DNA of 63,464 nucleotides, the filler included, from Craspedostauros australis (taxonomy: Eukaryota): NCBI GenBank assembly GCA_030167865.1. It is 5 parts of 5 records of this genome, joined end to end, with 100 filler letters (N's around TTAATTAATTAA, not from the genome) between each part and the next. Parts side by side here need not be neighbours in the genome. Positions count along the whole stretch, not along the records: positions 12,944 to 44,551 come from JALAGF010000873.1; positions 44,652 to 63,464 come from JALAGF010000874.1; 3 more parts are not named here. The stretch is one strand, 5' to 3'. Made by a program: the position numbers and the translations under genes. Every line of letters begins with the position of its first letter. Within the stretch, counting starts at the first letter, position 1. The notes under the pieces are model-generated. The model was not told the DNA's origin. It searched no databases and saw only the letters and a program-made list of their open reading frames with translations. Shown here in pieces: positions 34,801-45,335 of this stretch.

Positions 34801-36505
34801 GTCCCGTTGCCTCGCCACCAAGACCAAGACTCTGTTCGACGATACAGTGGCCGACGTTCTCTTGGAAGCCATCGGTGCGCCGCATCTCACCGGCTCCCAG
34901 GCCGACGAAAGCGATGGCATGGACGTGGATGGGGAAGGCATGGATGATGACGACGATGATGACGGCGACGGTGATAGCGACGATGAATCCGACGCATCTG
35001 CTGACGACGTCTTCGGCAAAGCCGCAAAGGTGTTGAACGACGACGACGACGACGACAACGACAGCGATGAGGACGACGACGGTCCTCATGATGACGATGA
35101 CGATGGTGATGCGGATTCTGATGAGAACGATGATGGCAATCAAGCCAATGGCAGTAACGAAGACAGCGGTGACGACACACGCAGCAACGGTTCCAAGTCC
35201 AAGAGGAAACGAAAGAACGCGTCAGGCGATGGTGGCGGCGATTCAGACTCCGATGTGGAGCTCGACTCCTCCCGACTGCAATCCATGCTGGAGGAGGACA
35301 GCGATGCAGAAGTTGATGAGGGGGTGCTGGAACATCACGAAGGTGCTGATGCTGCGCTCGCAAAGCTCATCAAGCTGAGGCAAGAAATGCGCAAGGCAGG
35401 CACTCAGGCACGGGAGAAGCTGGAGGTGTCGAACCAGCTGCGGTGCACGATGCTGCTGGAGCTCGCATTCCACCGCAGCGACCAGAACAACCTGCTGGTC
35501 CGTAGCGATTTGATCATCAAGATGATCCTACCGCTTCTGCAGCATCGCAAGCACGTCGAGAGATCGATCGTGAAGCTCACCGGGAAGGGAGCGCAGTCGG
35601 GGATCGGAGAGAAGAGATCTCTCTTGGAGCGCGTCACTACATTGATTCAGTCGAACCTAGGCAAGTCGAAGCTGACTTCGTTGCAGTGCAGCGACATCGA
35701 GAGCTTCCCGGAACTGCTCCAGATCGTCGCATCGGAGCTCGTTGAGTCTGCTTTCAAGGCGGAATCGAAAGAGCACGTGTCGTGCTGCGGCTGCGGTCTT
35801 GCTCTCGTGTTCCGTGGCATCTCCACCGCTGGCGCTGACAGCACCTCGGTGTCCAAGATTGGAATCACTGTGGACAAGGCGATCGCAGAATGGTCCACGA
35901 AGCGATCGAAGTACGAAACCTCTGCGCTGTTCGAAACTGTGACGAATCGCGCTCCAGGCTCTTCCGCGCGGTTCCTGCTGCTCCCGCTTCTAACCGCCAC
36001 GAAGGATGCACGCACCGCCTTTTTGAAGTGCGAATCGTTCCGTTTGCTCAGCACTATCTACTCCAACAAGCACAGTCCGGACGAACCAGACTACGCCGCA
36101 ACGAAGCAACATCTGGCCTCCTCAAGGGGGCAGAGCATGGAGGCGTTCCGATATTCGCTGAAGGACGACGTCATGAAGAAGACAAAATCCTTGCGTGTTG
36201 TGTTGAAGACGCTGGAGGAATTCATCGCATCCATCGTCGTCTCTACTTCGGCCGGTCTAACGGACGATAATACCGTCGGTCAGCTGGAGGGCATCAAGCT
36301 ACAGCTGTTGGAACACGCAGCGAAGAACGGGCAAGCATTGAAGAACAGTATTCAGAAATGCACCAAGGCCATCGAGGCGAAGGTGGCTGCCATCAAGGAC
36401 GCGATAGAAAAGGAGAAGGTCGAGCATAAGAAATCAATCAAAAGTCCCACGAAGAGCCCGCCCAAGAAGAGTCCTAAAAAGAAGAAAAAGGGAAAGAAGA
36501 AATAG
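31805..36505 (+). CDS. MYBBP1A: MYBBP1A/Pol5 (DNA_pol_phi family) nucleolar rRNA biogenesis factor, 1566 aa, intronless
   Basis: FLDSFYGLAS..ER..A, YTFRRLINGVCSGRAAARQG, long acidic tracts, DAALAKLIK, and a basic C-terminal NLS (KKKKKGKKK). Confidence 0.85.
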   Translation: MRKRKLERTKKSKRKTGESGIGDAAAAMIEEKKHEHDEDKDDNEDEDEDDRMEGAAVDGNSNDQKNDDDDGDDDDDDEIEENGGTTNSIRGATNGRIRDGSSFLDSFYGLASLDPKERSQSAQLILHHCLFGPDANAKDAEYTFRRLINGVCSGRAAARQGNASALSSFLKVAFSLGKMDGIRQVSNAQAGKNAPSLFRYVRERLLDATDYKSIEGGNKSEVRDHQFGRLFGVLAIVRSGILNSQAGDAGEGSGKDASNGRGSPVKELLTVVSLFTTDLIDLFWAKQWLREPASHAIITLLLSVLKGCGPADGANIFASVVQKTLIPKLLLRDAHGDKLEIEQTSSVIQTLSAEQLAVAIFIQSHVSPSMPSFHAPLNEPILSTSNIGRISSTLSATSIIAQPRVHLIWETVWAFLAERASGKGSNARSLRNAGWSLREEAPVGDDAPRDILQSIVSTIIEKELIGFDSDTQPTKTTENRCSLAIFLVKSLCGVPFASSIVGSMHLQLDGDVLETIVLNNNIVRRVFLDVIWSGKKHRTPHLLKPMAVGALKAISQVVHERFDMSQPSSSHVCMSVIRAMLNCNVRFDSLTKTSFLANIIGLTQDFRSDDDSGATRTAKHIKLWREYASYLRTMVLEKASALTKEDSTAEVTGYMELLYTTAKSVLLLSDSSKSSSAATDELQQFKLTLCTEVKTFFMVAAFYDCTTMDACKIEKQSDLSMSTRAAFQAAKDIAAISKRDTQCFSYPVRSMISAKFFSLLAEHVHHSAHASNTSATSSSGAIAKKENGMYLTLSSVMDCCKVLEAAGLKRFSIPNQGSDGKGEDESDDDSAEDTAMDAQNDALTLDDIVMTCQKYVQETGASAISRPDDSTAEAKKRVATGITSLIIALSLHQLRSGSSTDALDDDDPDASDEDDDAEIQSAIENLKEILDDFMSIESDTGSGSSDGEGDDSNNPLLGLAESCANILSSPLNTGNATRGASPKLLREAIKFSWVGGLALSRCLATKTKTLFDDTVADVLLEAIGAPHLTGSQADESDGMDVDGEGMDDDDDDDGDGDSDDESDASADDVFGKAAKVLNDDDDDDNDSDEDDDGPHDDDDDGDADSDENDDGNQANGSNEDSGDDTRSNGSKSKRKRKNASGDGGGDSDSDVELDSSRLQSMLEEDSDAEVDEGVLEHHEGADAALAKLIKLRQEMRKAGTQAREKLEVSNQLRCTMLLELAFHRSDQNNLLVRSDLIIKMILPLLQHRKHVERSIVKLTGKGAQSGIGEKRSLLERVTTLIQSNLGKSKLTSLQCSDIESFPELLQIVASELVESAFKAESKEHVSCCGCGLALVFRGISTAGADSTSVSKIGITVDKAIAEWSTKRSKYETSALFETVTNRAPGSSARFLLLPLLTATKDARTAFLKCESFRLLSTIYSNKHSPDEPDYAATKQHLASSRGQSMEAFRYSLKDDVMKKTKSLRVVLKTLEEFIASIVVSTSAGLTDDNTVGQLEGIKLQLLEHAAKNGQALKNSIQKCTKAIEAKVAAIKDAIEKEKVEHKKSIKSPTKSPPKKSPKKKKKGKKK

Positions 36506-36915
36506 AGGACAGCTTGCAGCCTGACTTGTGACAGTGGTGGCGGCGTATGTGGTGGTACTCGTGCATGGCATTCGCGTACAGATGGTGCAAGTGCGCACGT
36601 AAGTAGGTAGTAGCGTCCGCATAGTACTGGCAATTGGAACTGAGTAAAGTATGGCGTACCAGACTATCATGCTGGTACCGTGCGTTACCTACGGGTCACA
36701 CATAGCCACCATAGTTTAACGTGACTGTTACTCGTACTGCTCCAGAGAGAAAGAGATAGCGGAAGGGCAATGGCGGCATGTGCGAGCACATGTATTCCGC
36801 GAATACTCGTTCCATACTCGCACCACACATGCGTGTATGAACAGGACAGAACAGCATCTATACTCTGCACGTGCGCGTATTCTGACCCCGCGGCTTTGTT
36901 GATGCGCGTGATGAT

Positions 36916-39195
36916 TTAGATGTCTCGCCGGCGGTTCAGGATGGACAAGGCATCACCGAGTTGGATAAATGGCAGTCCTTTGGCCTTGATCATGCTGCTG
37001 GCCTCTTCGAATAGGTTGGAGTCGGATTCGAAGTCGGCCAAATCCAACTGCGAGTACTGCGAGCCGTGCACCGTCAACCCTTCCAATGCCTGCTTGATGC
37101 CTGACACCCAATCCGGATGCGCGCTCAGAAGGGTGCAGACATCCAGCAAACGCAGTACCAGTGGCAACTGGCAGCCCGCCATGAGGGTATGCACATCGCG
37201 AGCGAAGGTTTCCGCACCCCGAAACCAAACATCGGGAGTCACGTTGTCCACATCTAAGGCCACCGCCAGCACCTTCTCCGCCAGATCGTTCATGACATGC
37301 TCGTACATTGCGATCGAAGCGAACTGCGCGATGTCCGTCTCCTCACCGACATCCGTGTCTTCGATTCCAGCATCGGAGGCCTTGCACACCATGTGAAAGT
37401 TGTGGATCACGGAGCTAGCTTCCCGCAGCTCCGGCGAAATGTCCGCTTCCTCAGCTTCCCATTCCTGACTTGCCAGCATGTGCGCCGCCAGCATGAGGTA
37501 GGAGGCAAACTTTGCCTTCTCCATGAGGAGGACCTCCACGAAGGACGATGCGAAATCCTGGACGAGGACGAGCTGCAATCTCTCCAGGGATTTCCCGAAG
37601 CGCGCCAGATCATGGTCGCTCTGCTTGGTTGACGAGGCGACGTCCTGCCACGACTGATCCTTGGCAAGGACGACGCATGCCAGATGCGTTCCGTTGATGA
37701 GTTCCGCCCACTCGTTGAGATTCGCTACGAGGTGGCGGCCATCGAGAGCGGCGCGCTTCTGATAGCACATGAGGTTGCGCAGCTCGGAGGACGTGTCCTG
37801 GATGAGATCCACGAACTGGTTGCAGAGCGGGACGGCGACACGGCTCATGTAGAGAGCAGGCGCGGATATCTTGCTCGCCTTGTGCTGGATGGAGCGGATG
37901 AGCGCGCAGAAGACTTCCGCACGTGGCGCGACGCGGTTCGCGAGCGGTTTGATGACGGGCGTGTCATCGAAGAGCTTGGAGAAGACGGACTCTTTCTCCC
38001 TATCGATCCACCAGGTGTAGAGGCTCTCGTTCTGACGGATGAGGGTGTCGACCAAGCTGGGGACGGAGGTGATGTCGATCCTCGATTTGGCCAGCTTCTC
38101 ATTGAGGTACTGGTCAAAAGCGAAGGTGTGCTCGATCGCGTTCATGAGAAAGATTGGGTTTGAGTTGGGCCCTGCAACGAGGGGGTGATGGAAGAAGCGA
38201 CGCTGGCTGAGAACCCATTCGATCGCGCGAACGATCTCATTGACAAAGGCCACCGGGATGTCGGCATCCAACGTGCCCACCCCGGAGAAGACGAGCCTCC
38301 ACACGGGCGATTCCATAAAGTTGTCCTTGACGTACGCCAGCAGCCATTCCGGAAGCCTCTCGATCCTCTGCGTGGTGATTCTATCGGGATGCTGATCGAC
38401 GAAGTGAAATCTGATCTTGGTGACCAACGGACGCACAAGTTCGGTGACGATGTCGAGCCGACGCAATGGCACGTCTTGTCCGTGCGTCATGTGGTGGAGT
38501 AGAAGGTTGTGATTGGAATGCAGGTTGGAGATGGACCGGCACAGCTCCCAGAAGCGGTTGCGCTGCTTGCAATGCTTGAGGAGGGTCCTGCACGCCGTGG
38601 TCGATGGGTAGCCAGCGGCTGCCAGGTCAGTACGCAGAATGACGACCAGAGCATTGTGCACATGCTGGTGCAGTGGCATGTATTTGGTTTGAAGCAGCTG
38701 CTGTTGTTGCTGCTGTTGTTGCTGTTGCTGGTGATGACTTTGTTGATCTTGATGAGAACGAATGAGGAGATCTCCCAAATCGCAGCAGATCTGAGCCTGC
38801 GAAATGGGGTCGCTGATGGTATCTTCTGTGATGGATTGTGCCCAAACGGTGACCTCCCTCGCGAAGACGAGCTCGCCAGCCTCTCTCTGGAGCATCAGCA
38901 GTCGCTCTGCCTTGGACAGGTGAGAGAACCGCTGAGTGTAGATGTCATCCTTGCCAGTGTTCTTGCTAGTCTCATTGCTAGCATCATTGGTGGCATCATT
39001 GGTGGTATCATCATCCAGAATTTTGTCGGTGGCATTTTCAGCGTGAAGTTGTGCAACCTCCGGATGCTGCTCTTTGTGCTCCTCTGCTTGCTCCAATTCG
39101 CGGTCGCTGACTGTCTGGATGGTGTCATGCGTGGTTGCGAGGGACTGCTCAGCCGCAAGCAGCTCCTTCTCCAAGTATTCCGCTGTGAAAGACAT
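36916..39195 (-). CDS. RINT1: RINT1/TIP20-family ER-Golgi tethering subunit
   Basis: ORF 36916..39411 with likely ATG at 39195; N-terminal coiled coil and the motif PLVTKIRFHF...TQRIERLPEWLL. Confidence 0.75.
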   Translation of the reverse strand: MSFTAEYLEKELLAAEQSLATTHDTIQTVSDRELEQAEEHKEQHPEVAQLHAENATDKILDDDTTNDATNDASNETSKNTGKDDIYTQRFSHLSKAERLLMLQREAGELVFAREVTVWAQSITEDTISDPISQAQICCDLGDLLIRSHQDQQSHHQQQQQQQQQQQLLQTKYMPLHQHVHNALVVILRTDLAAAGYPSTTACRTLLKHCKQRNRFWELCRSISNLHSNHNLLLHHMTHGQDVPLRRLDIVTELVRPLVTKIRFHFVDQHPDRITTQRIERLPEWLLAYVKDNFMESPVWRLVFSGVGTLDADIPVAFVNEIVRAIEWVLSQRRFFHHPLVAGPNSNPIFLMNAIEHTFAFDQYLNEKLAKSRIDITSVPSLVDTLIRQNESLYTWWIDREKESVFSKLFDDTPVIKPLANRVAPRAEVFCALIRSIQHKASKISAPALYMSRVAVPLCNQFVDLIQDTSSELRNLMCYQKRAALDGRHLVANLNEWAELINGTHLACVVLAKDQSWQDVASSTKQSDHDLARFGKSLERLQLVLVQDFASSFVEVLLMEKAKFASYLMLAAHMLASQEWEAEEADISPELREASSVIHNFHMVCKASDAGIEDTDVGEETDIAQFASIAMYEHVMNDLAEKVLAVALDVDNVTPDVWFRGAETFARDVHTLMAGCQLPLVLRLLDVCTLLSAHPDWVSGIKQALEGLTVHGSQYSQLDLADFESDSNLFEEASSMIKAKGLPFIQLGDALSILNRRRDI

Positions 39196-39654
39196 CGATG
39201 GTGCCTCTGTCGTTCTGGTGGAAGTTATGTCAGTGTTAGTGTTAGTGTTAGTGCCGGTGTTGATGTTGGCGTGAGTGTTACTATTGATACAGGTAACTAC
39301 AGGAGTATGTCTAATACCTCGTAGACCACAGTATTGCGGATGACTCCTGTCGGTTTGTTCGTCTCCACAGCGTGGTGGTGTTTTTGTAACAGTCGCGGGT
39401 TGAGACAACACAGCGCTGACAACGTCGTTGGAAGTTAGTGAGAATTAAAACAACACAATAAAACATCACAAGCATCGACTCACACCATCAAACATTCGTA
39501 TGCATCAAAAATACACATTGAACCGCAACTCCAGTCACAATCGGCATGGCACCATTCTCTCCTTGTTTTCAGTTCTGTGGTGGACAATCAAGCAGCAACA
39601 ACAAAACATCGCCTGCGCTCTCTGGAACTCAACCATCAGCAGCGACAGAGACAA

Positions 39655-39708
39655 CAGCAGAACCAACAGCAGAACCAACAGCAGAACCAACAGCAGAACC
39701 AACAGCAG
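39655..39708. repeat. 12-bp tandem repeat (CAGCAGAACCAA) x~4.5
   Basis: Directly visible. Confidence 0.9.
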
Positions 39709-39741
39709 AGACAACAGCCTGATATTTCGCCTGCTCCAAAC

Positions 39742-41255
39742 ATGGCGACGGTTCGGCATAAACGGAAGAAGATATCCAAGAAGGCATCTCAGAAGCGCCA
39801 TCTTGGGCGGAAGGCCGCAGCGGCAGTGCTGGTGTTCTGACCATGCGAGAATCCTTCAGGTTGGTCCGATCACAGAACGATGCTTTCACATGGATAGATC
39901 GCTACGATCGTGCTGCAAGGACAGCCAAGGCGAGTGTATTGGGAGGTGCCGGTGTTCAGGTTGGAGATCAGGCTGACGACGAGGCTGACGCAATTCTGCG
40001 CTTCCACAACGTTTCGACGGGCGAATTCCCATCATCCATGGCCATCGTCGACGGTCTGTTCCGGGCTTGGACCACCCAAACGTGCACTGGAGACGTGGCT
40101 GCGGACAAGGCGGAGGTGCAGGGACAGGCGCAGCTGCCACCGCCTCTGCTGCTGCAGGAGCCAGCCATGGCCGACAGATCCAACTTCATCCGGATGCCGC
40201 ACTAAGACAGCAACAACATACACGGCCATCCCTTGACCGCTGGAGTCGCCATGTTTCGAAACGCGTACATCGTCGGGCGGGTGCCTGGCGTGGCAGAGAC
40301 CGCCCCGCTCATCTATGACTGCAACACCATCTACGTCCCCTCCTCCTGTCGGCTAGAAGCCATGCGGGCGAAGATCAAACTCGGTCCGCATGCTGTCAAA
40401 CCTAATCACCTGCCGCTGTAATCGCAGCGCAGCCTGCAAAAGGCTGTTTTCATCTACCAATTCTGGGGCGACGAGTTCTTCCATGCTCTCATCGAGGACC
40501 TGCCCCGTCTCGGGTACTTCATCCGCTTCCTCCGAGAGAATCCAGACGTCACCATCATCGCTGGCAAGAACTACCTTTACAAGAACAGCCAGACATTGAG
40601 CGAGTTGCTGGCACTCAACAACCAGTGGTTTCCGTACACCAACTCGGAAACGCTCTACGTGTCGCACCTCCTCGTGCCCAGCGGCTCGCTGTGTGGGTCG
40701 GCCCAAACACCACCCATCAGGAACCTGCATCGGGCCATGTCGGATACCATTCCCAAGGTCCTCCCGGATATCCTGCATCGTTTCTCACCGGACGCCTCCA
40801 CCAGGCCGATAATCCTGGTACACCAACGTCTCAGCAGAGGCATCATCAACCATCAGGATCTCATCGCTGCGCTGCAAGCCAAATTCGGGACCACGCACGA
40901 CATCCTCATCTTCAAAGGCACCGAAGCGCTGAAGGAGATCATCGCGATGCATCACGTGGCAGACTTGATCATCGGACCGCACGGTGCCGGGCTGTCGAAC
41001 ATGATCTTTTCCAACAGCCACCGCATCAAGGGCATCATCGAGCTGCATCCGAGCGGTGGCAACGTGGGTGTCAAGAAGGCTCCGAATCTGTGTCACCAGG
41101 AGAGCGCCCTCGCCTTGGGCATCCCGACAGTACAGCTGATGCAAAAGGACGGGAAGTCCTTTGGGGCTGCATTCCGCGTGGATGTACAGCAAGTGCTTGA
41201 TCACGCCGAGAAGATGCTGCTACCTGCTCCTTCTCCCAAACAGAATCCCATGTAG
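39742..41255 (+). pseudogene. Glycosyltransferase family 61 (DUF563-like) type II membrane protein, disrupted
   Basis: Basic N-terminus and TM, then a frameshift at ~39838 and in-frame TAA at 40203-40205 and 40419-40421. GT61 motifs FWGDEFFHALIEDLPRL, RGIINHQDL, ADLIIGPHGAGLSNMIF, IIELHP. Confidence 0.75.
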
Positions 41256-41905
41256 GATAGTCTTCAATAGGGGGTAAGAGTATGGTACATGTGCTTGTAT
41301 GGAAACGTGCTGCTGCTTGCAACTATGCGAGAACGAGTGCTCAGTGTTTGAGGTCAGTTTGTTGCAGTGGTAGTAGGTGCAGTGGTAGCAGGTACAGTGA
41401 AGCGCAGTACGAGCAGAGAAGGGAGTGAGAACACGTTGAAAGGTTGGCGATGACTGGTGTACACGCAACCGGCAGCTGCGACAGCAGCGGCAGCATGCAC
41501 AACAATGTCCCATCCCACCTCATCCCACACTCATCTCCATCATTTGTACTTCTCCACTCTCGACGGAGAGAGGCCTGGTCTACCATTACGACGAGAGTGC
41601 AAGCATGTATACTCAGTCCCTTCTGCTTCCATCGTCGCACGCCGCGCGATGACGAACGATGATTAGTCTGCAGTACCAACACAGTGCCAATACAGCATCA
41701 TACGCATGGTGGAGTTTTCATATGTGCATGACACACGTACTTCAGTGTTTGTGCGAGTGCCATTGCTGTCGTGTGTATGGTTCAGTTTTAGTTTTGTCTT
41801 GTTATTGTGATGCCATGCAACACAGATGTTGTCCGCTGTGGGCGCTGCTTTCATTGTTGCACTTGTGGATGCTTGCACTCGCGACCGGTCTCCTACGAGC
41901 CACGA

Positions 41906-42949
41906 TCACAACCTGCTGTGCATCCCAGCTGCCTTTGCCTGCCCCGACACTTTGCACTCTGGCTCGCAGACGAGCGAGACCAAACGTGAGCGTATCGTCT
42001 CCTCAGCCTCGGCCATCATGTCGTCGATGACCTCCTTGACGGTCGGGATGGAATGGATCAAGCCAACAGCCTGCCCTGCACTCCAGATCCCGCCGTCCGG
42101 ATCGTTATCCTTCTCAGCCTGCCGACCGCGCTTTCCGTTCACCAGGTGACGCACGTCTTCGAACACCATGGATTCGCCCTTCGCTGACTCGATCGCCTCA
42201 ACCTCGGCCGCAACCTTGTTGCGGAAGACGCGGGACGTGTTCTTGAGACGGCGCAGCATCATGACAGTGTCGGTCTCCTTGGCCTCGAGCATGCGGCGCT
42301 TGAAGGATTCCGGCCAGTTGCACTCCTGGGTGGCGCAGAAGCGCGTCCCGCAGTTGACGCCGTCCGCCCCCAACGCCAGGGCTGCGGCGAGCTGAGATCC
42401 AGTGCTGACACCGCCGCTGCACAAGAATGGGACCTTGAGAGCCTGAGAACCGCGGGCTTGCAGCACGAAGTTGCCCACATCCTCCTCGCCCGGGTGTCCG
42501 GCGCATTCGAATCCGTCCAGGCTGATGATGTCCACGCCGTACCGCTCAGCGGAGAGAGCGTGGCGGATCGTGACGCACTTGTGGATGGTGACAACGCCGG
42601 CCTGATTGAAGGCCTGGATGAATGGCTTGGGGTTGGATCCTGCCGTTTCGACGATCTTCACACCCTCCTCGATCATCACGCGCACGTACTCCTCGTACGG
42701 TGGCGGCTTTCCCACGGTCGGGAGGATGGTGAGGTTCACACCGAACGGCTTGTCCGTCAGCTGCTTCATGTGGCGGATCCACTGTCGTCCCTGCTCCGGG
42801 GATCCAGCGTTGTGGATGGCAAACATGCCCAACCCGCCAGCGTTGCTCACAGCAGCAGCAAGTTCCACCGTCCCAACGCCGGTCATTCCACCCAGCAGAA
42901 TCGGGTGCTTGATGCCCAGCATCTCCGTCACTCGCGTCTTCAGCACCAT
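41906..42949 (-). CDS. Nitronate monooxygenase / 2-nitropropane dioxygenase-like FMN enzyme with PTS1 (-SRL)
   Basis: LGIKHPILLGGM, LAAAVSNAGGLG, DGFECAGHPG, SGG..LAAALALGADGVNCGTRF, WSAGQAVGLI; ends HSRL*. Confidence 0.92.
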   Translation of the reverse strand: MVLKTRVTEMLGIKHPILLGGMTGVGTVELAAAVSNAGGLGMFAIHNAGSPEQGRQWIRHMKQLTDKPFGVNLTILPTVGKPPPYEEYVRVMIEEGVKIVETAGSNPKPFIQAFNQAGVVTIHKCVTIRHALSAERYGVDIISLDGFECAGHPGEEDVGNFVLQARGSQALKVPFLCSGGVSTGSQLAAALALGADGVNCGTRFCATQECNWPESFKRRMLEAKETDTVMMLRRLKNTSRVFRNKVAAEVEAIESAKGESMVFEDVRHLVNGKRGRQAEKDNDPDGGIWSAGQAVGLIHSIPTVKEVIDDMMAEAEETIRSRLVSLVCEPECKVSGQAKAAGMHSRL

Positions 42950-43350
42950 TGTTCTCGTTGCTCGTTGCTCGTTGGCGTCTATTGTGGGTTGGGGGACCGC
43001 GTGTGCTTGTTGTCTTCTCCTCTACCCACGCTCAACCTGCTTCCGCACATGATCGAGTGGTGAACTCCACAACGTCTTTGCTTCTTTGTTCGTTGTCTGG
43101 AAAGAAACCATCTCTCATTTCTGTGTTGGCGTCAACGTCACTATCCGCAGTCACGAACAAAACAACAAACAACTTTCAACAAAGGACACACTGAATACAA
43201 ACAGACAACCGATTTCGTAAACAGACAACTTCAACACAAGACACTGACAAACACACGTGTTACAAACATACATTTCGTCTGTCGCTCTGTTTCATAAAGT
43301 GACAGCCGGAACACAAGAGCGGCACGCTCTGCTTTTTGTCGTTCAGACAC

Positions 43351-44551
43351 TATGGGAAGCTGCGGTAGAAATATAAATTCACACAATCAAGCGTAAGCAA
43401 AATGAAAAGAAGCATGCCCGACGGACCCTGATAATATCCGTAAGGGTTTTTTTGTGTGGGCGTTTTCGTAAGTGGACTGGTGAGTTCACTTACGACCCCC
43501 TTGCATTTTTGGGCTTCGTAAGCGGACTCCTCAATCCAGTTACGACCACAAAAAAGTAGTCGAATTTCGCTCATCTGAAAAAAGACTACTTTGACCACTT
43601 CACCTCCTCCAAATTCCCTGTTTCTCTCGGTTGCGTTCTGGTTGTGATGCTGGCTTCGTATTTTGTCGCGTTGATTTACGTGTTGTCAACCGCATCCTTG
43701 GACTTCAATAGACTTGTAGACGGTAACACAACAACTTTGTGTGTAACCACAAGCTTTTTATCGTAATTGTCGTCCCCTTCAGTACCGTCAACGTCTTTCA
43801 TCATCAAATGTTCCTCCAATACAACACTGTTTAGGTTCCCACCAGCTTCAAGAAGCTTGTTTCATCGTTAGTACTTTGCCTGACATCGCATCCCTCATCC
43901 AGCACATAGCAGACGCCACCAACCACAGCGACAATGACACCGACAGTTCATACGAAGACTGGGTTATTGATACCCCAATCGATCTTGACAGTGACAACAA
44001 TGATGGCATCCTTTGTGTCCACAACGAAAGCAATGTTGATGCCAACAACGTCGATACTGGAGTCTACCCTGTTGGCAATGCTCATGTGGCCAACGATGCA
44101 CCAGCAGCCATGCTGATTGCTGCCATTGTTGCTGCCGCCAACATCATCATCCCCAATGATGCTCGCACTAACACAACTACAACCAGCACATCTACAACCG
44201 GCACATCCGGAACTGTTGAACAACCAGCTCTGACAGAACCAGAACACGTGGCTTCTATGGGCCTGCAATGGAAGATGCTGGATCCCAACACGGCAGAGTT
44301 TGTGTTGCTGTGGGAAAGGCCTTGCTTGATGCAAAGGTGCACTACAAGCAGCTCACAAATGAACAAGACAACTCATTGTATTTGGAGGCCAACCTACAAT
44401 CCTCTGTTACGCAATGGTCAGAGGATGACTGCTCAGCAGAAAGTCTGCACCTGTCTGCGCTCGCCCAATGGCACCCACTGATGGCACCCACTGATGGCAC
44501 CCACTGATGGCACCCACTGATGGCACCCACTGATGGCACCCACTGATGGCA
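43351..44551 (+). mobile_element. Probable left end of a DNA transposon: paired palindromes, then decayed coding remnant, ending in a minisatellite at a gap
   Basis: Repeated CGTAAG/TTACG motifs and inverted repeats at 43392-43592; TG/CA-rich decayed ORF-like sequence at 43876-44460. Confidence 0.4.
44468..44551. repeat. 13-bp tandem repeat (ATGGCACCCACTG) x6.5 running into a gap
   Basis: Directly visible. Confidence 0.95.
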
Positions 44552-45335
44552 NNNNNNNNNNNNNNNNNNNNNNNNNNNNNNNNNNNNNNNNNNNNTTAAT
44601 TAATTAANNNNNNNNNNNNNNNNNNNNNNNNNNNNNNNNNNNNNNNNNNNNTCTGTCTGGTTGCGAAGTACGTTTCGAACAAAACGCAAATGGAAATTCG
44701 AAGTTTTCGAAGTCATGCCAGTCTATTTTTACGGTTTGGCCAAACTGCTAAAAAGAGAGTCTGTCGCAGTACATGCTCATGATTGAGCGTTTTGGTTGTG
44801 TGCCACGTCATTTTATCTCGGACTAACTATGGGTTCTTCATGAGATACTATGATTGAGGTTGGAGTTACGGCCGATACCACGAAGGCATGGTACTTTTCG
44901 AAGTGTTGACCCGAAACTTCGAAAAGAAGAGAATGCTCAATTCATGTACCGGATGTGGAAATGGGCCTCCCTTGCGATGTGGTGTGGCGTGGCGTGAGGT
45001 GGACACGTTCCACAGAAGTCCAGTGTTCACTGACCACACTGTTCGGAAACGTCATCTCTCACGTCCACACGCTGTGACGAAGAAAGCCCCCTCTTTGGAT
45101 CTGTTCACTTCTCCGATCTCCTCACAAAATCGAAACTTCTGTTGGCAACAAAACGAGAAGACCACCAGCAACAACAACCGCAACAACCACAACATCATCC
45201 ACCATCCACCATCCACCACCTGCACCTGCACCTGTACCTCCACCATCAACAGAAACAGCAACTCCGATTGCAGCTCATCATAAATCTTGCAGACGTGAGC
45301 ATCACATTCATCAGTTCATCTCCATCATCTTCATC

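Noticed and set aside
31805..36505. A true DNA polymerase
   Set aside because: The Pol5/MYBBP1A family is a helical-repeat nucleolar factor; no polymerase motifs are evident.
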